A program made the position numbers and the translations under genes. DNA of 64,000 bases from Isurus oxyrinchus (lineage: Eukaryota): NCBI GenBank assembly GCA_026770705.1, contig JANJGN010000026.1, forward strand, positions 36,456,001 through 36,520,000, read 5' to 3'. Below are positions 25,101 to 36,195 of this stretch, in pieces. The notes beneath the pieces were generated by a model. That model searched no databases. It was given only the letters and a program-made list of their open reading frames with translations, and was not told the origin of the DNA. Each line of letters begins with the position of its first letter. Position 1 is the stretch's first letter.

Positions 25101-26794
25101 GGTAAATTGCCTGCCATGTTTCCCACATAAAGACACTCCAAAGCCTTCTTTGGTTGTAAAGTGCTTTTTAAAGTTCTGATGTCATGAAAGGCACTGTATA
25201 AATACATGTTCTTCTTTCCTTATTGTTCTTGAGAGACATTTTGAGAATCAGAGCCAGAAGATGGGGTTGAGTTCTTTATACTAAGTGCAGTGTTAAACGT
25301 TACAATAAAACTCACCATCTGGACTCTCTCTCCCTCTGTATTTTACTCTCTTTGTGTATCTTTGTGTCACTCTCTAGCTCTTTATTTCCATAACTCTATC
25401 TCTGAATTGTTGTGTGTCTTGAAGGAAGTTGAAGAAAGAAATATGCAGACAAATTAAGGAATTTAGTAACAAACAGATTAATAATAATGGGGCTTGCGCA
25501 ACGTAGTATTACGTCAGTAGAAGAAGTATGTAAAGGGGCTAAGGGAATTGAGTTCCCACAATGTGCACTGTTGTCTTTATAAAGCAAAATGCAAATAAAA
25601 AAGAAAGGCAATGTAACGGCGAATGAAACTGATCAGGGTGAGAAGTAAAGGCAGTGGAGCATCTAGGCATTGATGACTATAACAAAATATGCTCCAAGAT
25701 GAGGATAGGGATTAATAAAATTTTGAGGGAAACCAACTAACCATCTGGTTGATTGAACGCTAGGCAATTCCAGTGAAGCGGGATGGTCGAGTGATTGAGG
25801 TAATGGGCATAAAATAGAATAAATGAATGCTCACGTGCAATTGAACTCCATTCCTGGGAGTTTGTTTATCAGTGCTGCTCCTACTTTTGTTGATTAAAGA
25901 AAATGGAGGTAAGGTACTGAAGTTGATGGACAGAGCAACAATTCTCTTAGTAAATGCGGAGCAAGCTCGAGGGGCTGAATAGCCTCCTTCTGTTCGTGTA
26001 CGGAAATATTATGTCTCCAGATGCAGAGGTTAAGTTTGTCCCAGGGAGAGAGATGCAGAGAGGGGGACCGAAAAATAGAATGTTGGGCTGACAGGGAAAT
26101 AACAAGCAATTTATTTAAAGCAAAAAGAAATTTTGGCACAGTGTGTGACAATGACAGCTAAGTTCAGGGGTTTAAAAGACGCTCTTGGAAAGTCAGTTGT
26201 TGAAGGCGATTGGGATTTAATTGGGGCAACTGAAGGCAATTGGGATTAAAACCATTAAATACTGTAGTGTTTAACAAAACAATGTTGTAGAATTGGCGGG
26301 TATATGAACTCCTCGTATTTCTGTCTTACATCTCCCCATCTTTTAGCAGTTTAATAAAAACAACTAATAAATAGTGGAGGTCAGTAGGGATGTTAGAGAC
26401 TGCCGCTCTCAACTACCACATTTTCTAACCACCTAGCCTCAATGCCTGAGGGACGTGCAGCTGTTAACCGTTCTCACTGTTCAGTTTCTCCAGTTCTAAA
26501 CAGCAGTTAAACGGTCGGTTTCTGTACTGCGGTCGCTGACAGTTCGATGTCCGTTGCTCAGCAGAACCGGATTTAGTCAGACTGAAATCGCACAATGGGA
26601 CAAAATTAAAACACAATTTGCTGGAAATCAGAAATTGAACCGAAGGATTTGATAGAATGAGCGGCAGGCTCTCTCTCTCTCTCTTTGACTGTCTCTGTTT
26701 CTCCCTGCCTCTATATCTTTCTGTCTCTGTCCTCGTCTGCCCCTCTCTCCCTTAGACTAACAGTTGCGTCAAATCTGGGTGTGATTTACAGGGA

Positions 26795-27020
26795 CATTAT
26801 AGAGGGAGCTTTACTCTGGATCTAACCCCGTGCTGTACCTGTCCTGGGGGTGTTTGATGGGGACAGTATGCAGGAAGCTTTACTCTGTATCTAACCCCGT
26901 GCTTTACCTGCTCTGGGAGTGTTTGATGTGGATGTTATAGGGGAAGCTTTATTCTGTATCTAACCCCGTGCTGTATCTGCCCTGGGTTTCTTTTTGACAA
27001 CGTAGAGGGAGCTTTACTTC
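26795..27020 (+). repeat. 69-bp minisatellite (~3.3 copies); degenerate copies at ~50630-50890
   Basis: TCTAACCCCGTGCT recurs at 26821, 26890 and 26959. Confidence 0.9.
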
Positions 27021-28449
27021 GAGAGGGAAGGAAATAGAGAAAGGACGCGCAGAGAGAGGACAAGAGAGAGATCGGGAGCATTAACTTTTCATATGTAACT
27101 TTAAAAATTATATTATTGTTCTAAAATGAGTTGGTTTTGTAGTTAAACAGACTGTCTTTTTTTTCCAGACATGTTTGGCCGGACATTCAGAAACACAAGA
27201 TCTTTTTTAAGAAATTGCTTTTTTACTGAAATAATCCTTTTCGGTTCAATCAAAGAAGTTCCTCGGGGTTATTTTCCTGTCGAACTTTTTAGCTTTTGAT
27301 CTTTTATGCGCCCTAGCATTTGAAAACCAACTGCTAACTGAATCCTAACGGAAAGTTTTCTGCTCGTGTTTGCACCGACTGTATTACGTTCAATGTTACC
27401 GTGCATAACTTCGTTTCATCTAGTATGTTTCACTTTCAGTTAGGTTTAAACATCATTGCGTCAGATAGCTTGGAAATTGAAAATAAGATGATTTTGAAAA
27501 TAACTTGATTTCTTTCACTATGTTGTCTGCTATGTTCCATTCTATTGCAGTTTTAGCTCCTTACTTTGCTCAGGAGTATTATAACAAATTATACACATCT
27601 TGTGAAATTTATCAATCGGTTTACTTTGTCTGTTTCTCTCTGTCTAACTTCATTCGATTCCATGGATATGTTTTGTCCAAGTAGAGATTAACACCATATC
27701 TCAGCAACTGTAATTTTTGATGATTCATATTTGGCACTAATTCCGATGTGTCAATGAAGAGAAAATGTCCACTAAATGGAAGCAACATCCTGTGCAGTGG
27801 GGAATTTGTAATCAACATGGGAGATAAGAGTGACTGATGATTTAGTAGAAGTGCCAGCGAGATTTGATTTAATCACACGACACTTTTAAATGCTGCATTA
27901 AGAGGGCAGCAAAGAGACCAAATATATCAGGGAATATATGAATACAGCCAGAAGTTGCTTCCCAACACGAATTACCTTACTAGGCCATTCTAGAGGGCAC
28001 TTAAAGCTCAACTACATGGCTGGGGCTGTGGAGTCACATGCAGGCCAGACCACGTAAGGACTGCAGGTTCCCTTCTCGAAAGGACATTAGAGAATCAGAT
28101 TTTTTATGACAATAGATGATCGCCATTGGGACTAAGCTGTTTTCAATTCGAGATTGGTTTTATTAATTAATTGAACAGATTCAATTCCACTAGTTGCTGT
28201 GGGGGGGGTGAGATTGAACCCAGTCTCCACATCAGCACCGCCTGAGAGTTGGAGAAGTTTTGTAAAGCGGGGAGAACAGAATAGAATCAGGAGGATAACA
28301 ATCCTGGAAATATTGCACCACATCATAAAGTAATCACGATGTAATACAACGCAGTCAACATCTGTAAGTGACAGACACCGGCAGGTCAACGCGTTCCTAA
28401 GTGACCTAAGGCCTTACAGGGACCAGTGACATTGCAGCTACCCCACCGT

Positions 28450-29080
28450 CTTCAGTGAAGCCCAATGCAAACTGGAGGAACAACACCTCATCTTCCGACT
28501 AGGCACCTTACAGCCTTCCGGTCTGAATATTGAGTTCAACAACTTTAGGTCGTGAGCTCCCTCCCCCATCCCCACCCCCTTTCTGTTTCCCCCTTTTTCC
28601 TTTTTTTTTCCTATAAATTATATAGATTTTTCTTTTCCCACCTATTTCCATTATTTTTAAATATTTTAAAATCTTTTATACTCCCCCACCCCCACTAGAG
28701 CTGTACCTTGAGTGCCCTACCATCCATTCTTAATTAGCACATTCGTTTAGATAATATCACCAACTTTAACTTTAACACCTATGTGTTCTTTTGTACCATT
28801 GTCGCTGACATCTTTTGATGATCTGCTTCTATCATTGCTTGTTTGTCTAAACAACCACCTCTCTCTCTCTCTATCTCTCCGCCCCCCACACACACACCTT
28901 AAACCAGCTTAAATTTCAACTCTTTCTTGGACTGGAAATCAAGTTCTGTCGAAGGGTCATGAGGACTCGAAACGTCAACTCTTTTCTTCTCCGCCGATGC
29001 TGCCAGACCTGCTGAGTTTTTCCAGGTAATTCTGTTTTTGTTTTGGATTTCCAGCATCCGCAATTTTTTTTGTTTTTATC
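28450..29080 (+). mobile_element. Penelope-like element 3' end (GIY-YIG C-terminus + terminal repeat)
   Basis: Translates to FSEAQCKLEEQHLIFRLGTLQPSGLNIEFNNFR. The downstream terminal region contains a hammerhead-like motif at 28942-28980. A near-identical tail lies at 38313-38450. Confidence 0.8.
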
Positions 29081-30090
29081 TTGGTAGAAACATTTGCTCA
29101 AGTTTACAAACCGCCAGAAGAATTTGCTGGAATGCATATATTTCACTGTGGATTTTTTTTTCTGACTGGTATAACTGCCATCCTGCGGTTTTTGTTTTTC
29201 AGCTCAAAAAATAAACTAGGTCATCAAAACCCTGTTGTCTCAGATATAGATAAAGGGAATTTGGAGGAGAGCAGATTAATGAGTCAAATTATCAGAAAAG
29301 TGAAGGCGAGCTGTTTTAAATCCAGTCCAATATTCTTAATGTGGGAGTAGAGAGCCTTTTGAGGGGCTGCGCTCAATAACTGTTCGTGGATTGGTGCACA
29401 GAATATCCCATTTGCTTACGCAGCGCCGCAAAGGCCAGTCCTGAGGCCAAGTCGAGTTACATACACCATTTGTACCAGTGTTGGGTGAAAAACAGAAAAA
29501 GATGTGGACAGGCCCACAAGTTGCTATAATTAATTTACTATTTCCATCAACAATTACAGAAATCAAAGGACGGCCCAGTCCATCCAGACTGCCCCGTAGT
29601 AGGAATTAAGTAAATTGGAATTGCAGTCACTATGGTAATGTAGGAAATGGTCAAATTATGCACAGCAAGCTCCCACAAAGAGCAGTGTGATCATTTGTTT
29701 CATTGATATCGTTTGAGGTTTAAATGCACGGGAGATTTGACCAGCTCTTTTGTGCAATAAGTGGTGGGGTGTTTAAGGTCCTCCTCGGGGAGGAGGGCGG
29801 GAGTGCGTGAGAGGCGGAATTTCCATTTAATAGCTCATCCGAAAAATGCTACCACGGACATTGCAGCACTCCCTTCATACTGGCAGAAGTGTCAGCCTGA
29901 GTTATGTGCTCACGCCTCTAGAGTGGGGCCTGAACACACACATTTCTGATAGAGAAGCAGAGTTGTGAGATGGAACAGTTAAACTGAGCCGCGGATAGCA
30001 CTTACCCACAAAGGGTGGGTTTCTATGAGCTGGTAGTTCTACATCACTGCGGGTTTTTTTACAGCGACAGATGAGTTTTAAACCAATGTG

Positions 30091-30523
30091 TTGCGGCTGT
30101 GTCCTGGATTTCCGCTCAAGTGAACGTTAGAGGAAACTTCTTTCCTTCGTTAGTCTGACCCGCCTCGGATTTCCCTTTGGTAAAATCTGCATCTCTTTTA
30201 CTGCTTCTATCTCGATACAAAATAAAACGCAGAACCTGATTCGTGTGCTGTCTGTACCAGTACAGGCCGGGATTACTATGATTTGTTGTGTAGCTACAGT
30301 CTATTTTTTTGCTGTCTCCTTCAGTAACATGCAGTGAGGTCTGAGGTTGGGACACAGAATCTGCCTGAATCAAACCTGAAATAAAACGTAACGAAAAACG
30401 AATGCAATACTGAGTTTAAAAGTCTATTAACATCACATAACTGCAAATGGATAAAATGATCTCGCTGCACCTACCGAACATCAGCCACAATAAAATCAGA
30501 TGACGATGTGGCATAAGCCACAT
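30091..30523 (-). pseudogene. TCR V pseudogene with leader (L 30523-30475, V 30375-30091)
   Basis: Leader MWLMPHRHLILLWLMF with GTAGGT donor. V reads DSVSQPQTSL...DCSY...LYWYRQ, has an in-frame TGA at 30118-30116 and lacks the YYC segment. RSS CACATTG-23-AAAAAAACC (30090-30052). Confidence 0.9.
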
Positions 30524-31925
30524 TATATCCTGAGCAACAATCTCTTCGAAAAGCAGATATGTTTACTTTTGCAATCTGTTACATTAAGAAACAGTTCTCC
30601 AGAGAGCTTTAACGGAAGGGGAGTAAGGGGCGGGGGCTTTTGTAATTCTTCTGTAATTCTTTTCCAATAAGAAGTAGCGAATGAGTTAACTCGGTCACCA
30701 CATTTTGACACGAGTGCTGACTGGCCAAATATAGTTCCTCTACTTCCTCCTACGCCGTCTAATGGCATCACTCAGTAGATGGAAGGAGGAGGGGACAATG
30801 TTTGGCGGCTGGGGGGAACTATTCTGGATGGAGTTTGTGTTTGGCAATTCGCCCCTCCCTCCCCTCCTCAGACCTCTTGGTCAGGAGAGAAAATAATGAG
30901 GTCATTTAAAGAACAACTGTACATTCTTCATGTTGCAGGAGGAAAATAGCGAACCAGAGAAACTCGGAGAGAGAATAACAGGACTGAAAAAGACGGAAGA
31001 GACACAAATAAGGAAGGGAAGGGTGAATAAGAAGCACTGAGGAAGAAATCACACGATGATTGCCATAAGGGAACAGCTGCTTTTCCTAGTGTTGTTCTAG
31101 CCATTGCCCAGTTATGGGCGATGGTGGCAAGATCAGCATTTATTGCCCATCCCTTGCTTCACATAAGGATCTTATGATGAGCCTTCTCCTCCAACCACCA
31201 GGGTGTGTATGGTGAAGGTGCTCCACTGTACAGCTTACAGCGGAGTGAGAATTGACTGTGGTTTGTAGGATTAATTGATAACACAGCACATAAAGAGGTC
31301 ATTTGGTTAAGCGTGCATGTGCTTGAAGCCTGCAGGAGTTATCCAATAAACGCGAGGCTATTTTCTTTTTCTGTAGACCTGCATGTTTCAATTTGAAACA
31401 TTTATCCAATTGCTTAATATTGTATCTGCTACCATCATTCTTTCAGGAAGGCTTTCAAGATCACAATAACTCGCCTTGAAACAAATCATTAATCCCGCCA
31501 CCCCCGCCCCCACCCCCCCCACCCCCCCCCCCCCCCCACCCCCCCACCCCTCGTCCCCGCCCTCCCCGGAATGATTAACTTGAATCGATACCATCTGTTT
31601 ATCGACCCTCCTGCCAGAAGAAAAGGTTTCTCCTCATGTACTTTCTAAGGAAATTTTCATAAATTTGGTCACCTCAATTAAAATTCCCCTTAGTTTCCCT
31701 GTTGCAAGGGAAAGAAAAGGTTTCTCGATTCACTCGAGCTAAATGATATCCGTAATCCTTGACACCATTGTGTTAGAACATGAAAAATGTGTTTTTCATC
31801 ATTTTCTTAATGACAGATTTTATTTTTGAAGAGTTGCTCCGTGGCAGATGCCTTTTCTTATCTCTCCAGCTTTTCTCTGGTATAACGATGATTTATACGG
31901 AGTAGAGCGGCTTTGAAACACTGTG

Positions 31926-32229
31926 ACCTTCAATCCGCAGAAATAGATGGCGCTGTCTTTAGGCTCTGCTGCAGAAATTGACAAAGGAAAAACTTGATGT
32001 TGACGGAAATCACGAGCATCGAATTTTCCGTTCGCAAACTCCACATCCCTGCACCTAGTTTTATCATAGTACAACAGAGACTGGGATGCCTGGTTCGGGT
32101 ACAGCCGGTACCAGCCGCAACACGGATCATGAGAACTGGAGTTGTATTTACAGTTCAAAAGTGGATTATCTCCCTCATGTAGCTTCAACTCATATTGACT
32201 CTGCATTACCGAACTCCCTTGGGTTTTAT
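31926..32229 (-). CDS. TCR V segment with open frame, extra cysteines and weak nonamer (ORF or pseudogene)
   Basis: AG at 32231-30. Reads SSVMQSQYEL...LNCKYNSSSHDPCCGWYRLY...DSAIYFCGLK. Heptamer CACAGTG at 31925-31919 but the nonamer is poor. A candidate leader MTAVELFLISFVI starts at 32463. Confidence 0.8.
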
Positions 32230-32729
32230 CTGTAAAATAATATAGAAACTTCAGTTAACACACTTACTGGTTACGAACATTCCAGTCCACAATTACGGTA
32301 TAACTATTATAAGGGACATTTGGATAATTCACACTAGAGAAAGAAAGACATTTTAAAATTTACGGATTACAAGGGGTAGAATGATAAGTCATATCAACAC
32401 AGGGCTCACATGTCCCAGTATACCTATTACAAAGGAGATCAGGAACAGCTCAACAGCCGTCATCTCTAAAGTCCTGGCAAAATATTCCTGACCATAATGT
32501 TAAAGTCTTACCAGGCACGTGCTTAATCAAGGTTTGTTTCCTTGGCTCACGATCACCACAATGATATCCCGAAAGTTGCTCTGTTACAAACAGCAGAAAT
32601 GACCAGGTGATAGACGTAAGCAAGAAATAAACGCAGTTAGCGGCAGTCCAGTTGGGGTAGCAAAGATCACTTGTGTGCATGGTTACGTCACTCTAGTGGG
32701 GTACTAGGTGCCACAAAACCCACTGTAAT

Positions 32730-34460
32730 ATAAATAGACACATAATCTGGATTATTATAAAGAAATGTTTAGCTTCGTAATGCAATAACTGAGGCAGGCC
32801 TTGTGCAATATAAATGAAAGTAATGTTTCAGTTATTTTAACCAGAGACATATTCTAAGTAAGTGCTAACTCACTGCTTTGTGAGGTAGGCATGGAATACC
32901 GAAATAAAAACTGAAACAAGCATCTAGTGTAATTCAAACGAAGACAAGATTTAATGCTGATATAATTGCACAACCAGTGGTGAAGTTTAAACACTGACGG
33001 ATCGTGGTCTAACATAAAGAAACAATTTCTTCAGTGCAGTGATGCCTTGTTGAGATACAAGGTCTAGTGTGAAATAAAGATAGAAATGAGCTACCGCGGT
33101 AATAACTGACGCAGGCCGATCCTAAACTAAAAGGATACACGTCTATTTTAAAATAAGCAATGACTTTGACTTGTGCTGTGAAAACTGAGATAGGGTCTTG
33201 CGCAATATAAGCAACCGCGTGATTTGAAGCAGAGCATAGAAAAAGCGCTACGCATAAGATAAAGAGTTACATAGTACAGTGCTAACAGTGAAAGGTCATC
33301 TAATGCAATAATTGCTTGGACACAGTCCAGCATAATACAAATGGCGACATGATCTACTGTCGCAAAAACAGAGGCAAGGCCGAGTCTTTAATAAGTTGAA
33401 ACACACATTCCTGTGCATTAATATCTGTGGCAGAGTTTTGTGTAATATGAACAGAGATAATATTCGTACACCAATAACTGAGATAGGATTAGTGTAACTT
33501 AAACAGTTGAACAGTGTAATGTAATATGTAGAACAGCATCTACTGCAATATAAACATGGCTGGGAGCTTGTGTAATATGAACAAAGACAGAGTCTAAAGT
33601 TGCAGTAACTGGGCAGGCCCTCAGTTATTGTAAACAGTAACTTTATCCAGTCCAATTATGACGAATACAGCGCCCAGAGCAACAAAGGAAGTGTCATGTT
33701 CTTGTAATATAAACAGGAACAGGGTCTCCTGGCATATAAACTGAAACATGGCCGACTGCACGATTAACTGAATCATCCCCCAGTGTATTATAGCTGAAGC
33801 AGAATTTAATTCATTAATATCTAAGACCTGGCCGACTGTAATGTCAGAAGGGATGTGTTGGACGGCAATGATAAACTGACGCCGGTTCCGTCCGAAAACA
33901 AACAGACACATGGTCGAATGGAGTAACAATTAAGAGATGGCCTAACACATGTTAAAGAATAGAAGGAGCTGAGATTGACACGGGTGCAAAGACGCAAGAG
34001 ACTAGTCCAGTACAAAATAGAATAATATGTGATCTCGTGCAGCAGCTACGGGATTGCACTGAGACCGAGTCTGTAGGAGATAGAACAATGGCATGGTGTT
34101 CTGGGATATTGAGTCAGAAACATGATCTAGTGTGATATGAAATCAGATAAATGTCCGGGGTAATATGGACTAACAGAGATCTAGTGTAATGAAAACTGAG
34201 ATAAGGCCTGGAATAATCTGCAAAGGGACATTTCGCATTTTACAACAAACAAAGATAGGATGAAAGTTAACAGAACTATAGTCTGGTACAGTATTAAATA
34301 AAATAGGACCTAGTGTGAAATAAGCAAGGGACGAATCTCATGCTGTAATAAAATGCCACTTAGTCCAATATAAACAGAAACATGATCTGGTTTAAAATGA
34401 TCAGCGGCATAGTCTAGGCATTAAAAACTGAGAGAGGACACCCTTTAAAACCAGTGACAT
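32730..34460 (+). repeat. Highly diverged 27-bp tandem satellite
   Basis: Approximate consensus AATATAAACAGAGACAnGGTCTAGTGT. The AAC anchor recurs at 33714, 33741 and 33768. Further tracts at ~36510-36685, 38930-39090, 39905-40010, 47940-48260 and inverted at ~52170-52600. Confidence 0.7.
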
Positions 34461-35069
34461 CGTCTAAAGCATTTTTTAACAAAGCCTGCTGTAATCGAAA
34501 GGAAGGTATGGTCCTACTGCCACCAGATGGACGCTGAATGCAATGTCCCCAGTTCGCCGATGCCAAAGCGTTGATGGAAAAGATAGCTCTCAGGAGGACG
34601 CTAAGATTCTGTAAAGGAATACAAACCAGTTAAATGTGTGGAAGCAGCATAGAAGACGGACGTAGCGTGAAATCCTGCACTTGGTGATGGTGCTGGATGG
34701 ATGGGGGGATGGTGGTGGTGGGGGCGGGTGTTGGTGGGTGGGGACAGGATATTACTTATAGATCACGGAAAGTTAAAATTCTGGCACAGTCTGCAGTTAG
34801 GAAATCAAATGATATGTTAGCCATTTTGGAAACGGATTAGAGTAAAAGAGTTTAGAAGCCTTACAGCAATTGCATAATTAATTGTATATATCCCAGTGAG
34901 ATTTCCTAGGGTACTGTACACAGTTTTGGTTTCCAAACCTAAGGAAGGATGTATTTGCCTTAGAGAGGATAAAACAAAGGTTGACCACGTTAATTCCTGG
35001 GATGAGGTGCTTGTCCCATGAGAAGAGGTTAAGTCGGCTTTGCACACGTTCCAATGAAGTTTTTTAAAT

Positions 35070-36195
35070 TATTTTTTTTAAGGGATGTGTGCTCCACTGC
35101 CTGGGCCAGCATTTTTTGCCCATCCCTAATTGCCCTTGAGAAGGGGTTGGTGAGCTGCCTTCTTGAATCGCTGCAGTTCCTGTGCTGCAGGTACACCCAA
35201 AGTCCAATTACAGATGGGATTCCAGGATTTTGACCCAGCGACAGTGAAAGAGCGGTGATATTTTCCCAAGTCAGGATGTTGGGTGGCTTGGAGGGCTGAT
35301 TCCTGATGTTGGTAATCCCATGTGTCTGCTAGTCGTGGTCCTGAGTTTGGAAGGCGCTGTCTAAGGAGTATTGGTGAATTCCTTGGTACACACTGCTGCT
35401 ATGTGCGTCGGTGGTGGAGGGAATGAATGTTTGTGGATGGGGTGCCAAATAAGTGGGGTGTTTGATCATGGGCTGTGTCAAGCTCCTTGAGTGTTGCGCT
35501 CATCCAGACAAGTGGACATTATTCCACCACACCCGTGCCTTCTAGATAGTGAACAGGCTTTAGTGAGTCAGGAGATGAGTTACTCGAAGCACGATTCCTA
35601 GCTTCTGGCCTGCTCTTGTAGGCATACTTTCATGTGCATAGTCCAGTTCAGTTTCTGGTCAATGATAACACCCAGGATGTTGATATTGGGGGATTCACAG
35701 ATGGCAATGCCATTGCACGTCAAGGGGCGATGGTCAGATTCTCTCTTGCTGGAGATGGTCATTGCCTGGTACCTGTATGGCGTGAATATTACTTGCCACT
35801 TATCAGCCCAAGTCTGGACATTGGCTAGGTCTTGCTGCATTTGGACATGGACTGCTTCAGTACCTGAGGAGTCGTGAATGGTACTAAACATTGTGCAATC
35901 ATCTGTGGACCTCGTCACTTCTAACCTTCTGATCTAAGGAAGGTCATTGATGAAGCAGCTGAAGATGGTGGGGCTAAGGGCACTACCCTGAGGAACTCCT
36001 GCAGTGATGTCCTAGAACTGAGATGATTGACTTTAAACAGCCACAACGATCTTCTTTTGTGCTGTGTATGACTACAACCAGCGTAGAGCTTTCCCCCAAA
36101 TGCACATTGACTCCACTTTTGCCAGGGCTCCTTGACGCCACAGTCAGTCAAATGCTGCCTTGATGTCAAGGGCAGTCATTTTCAACTCCCCTCTG
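35070..36195 (-). mobile_element. CR1-clade LINE fragment (RT + 3' end)
   Basis: Minus strand reads TALDIKAAFD, DDCTMF, WADKWQV and ILGVIIDQKLNW. Confidence 0.85.

Noticed and set aside
26795-27020. Regular repeats as a CRISPR-like array
   Set aside because: Head-to-tail minisatellite with no unique spacers, in a eukaryotic context.
32730-34460. 27-bp period as a 9-residue repeat protein
   Set aside because: Frequent stops in all frames and no sustained ORF or splice structure.
34518-34536. CTCF-like TGCCACCAGATGGACGCTG
   Set aside because: An extra base disrupts the GGCGC core, so it is too weak to call.
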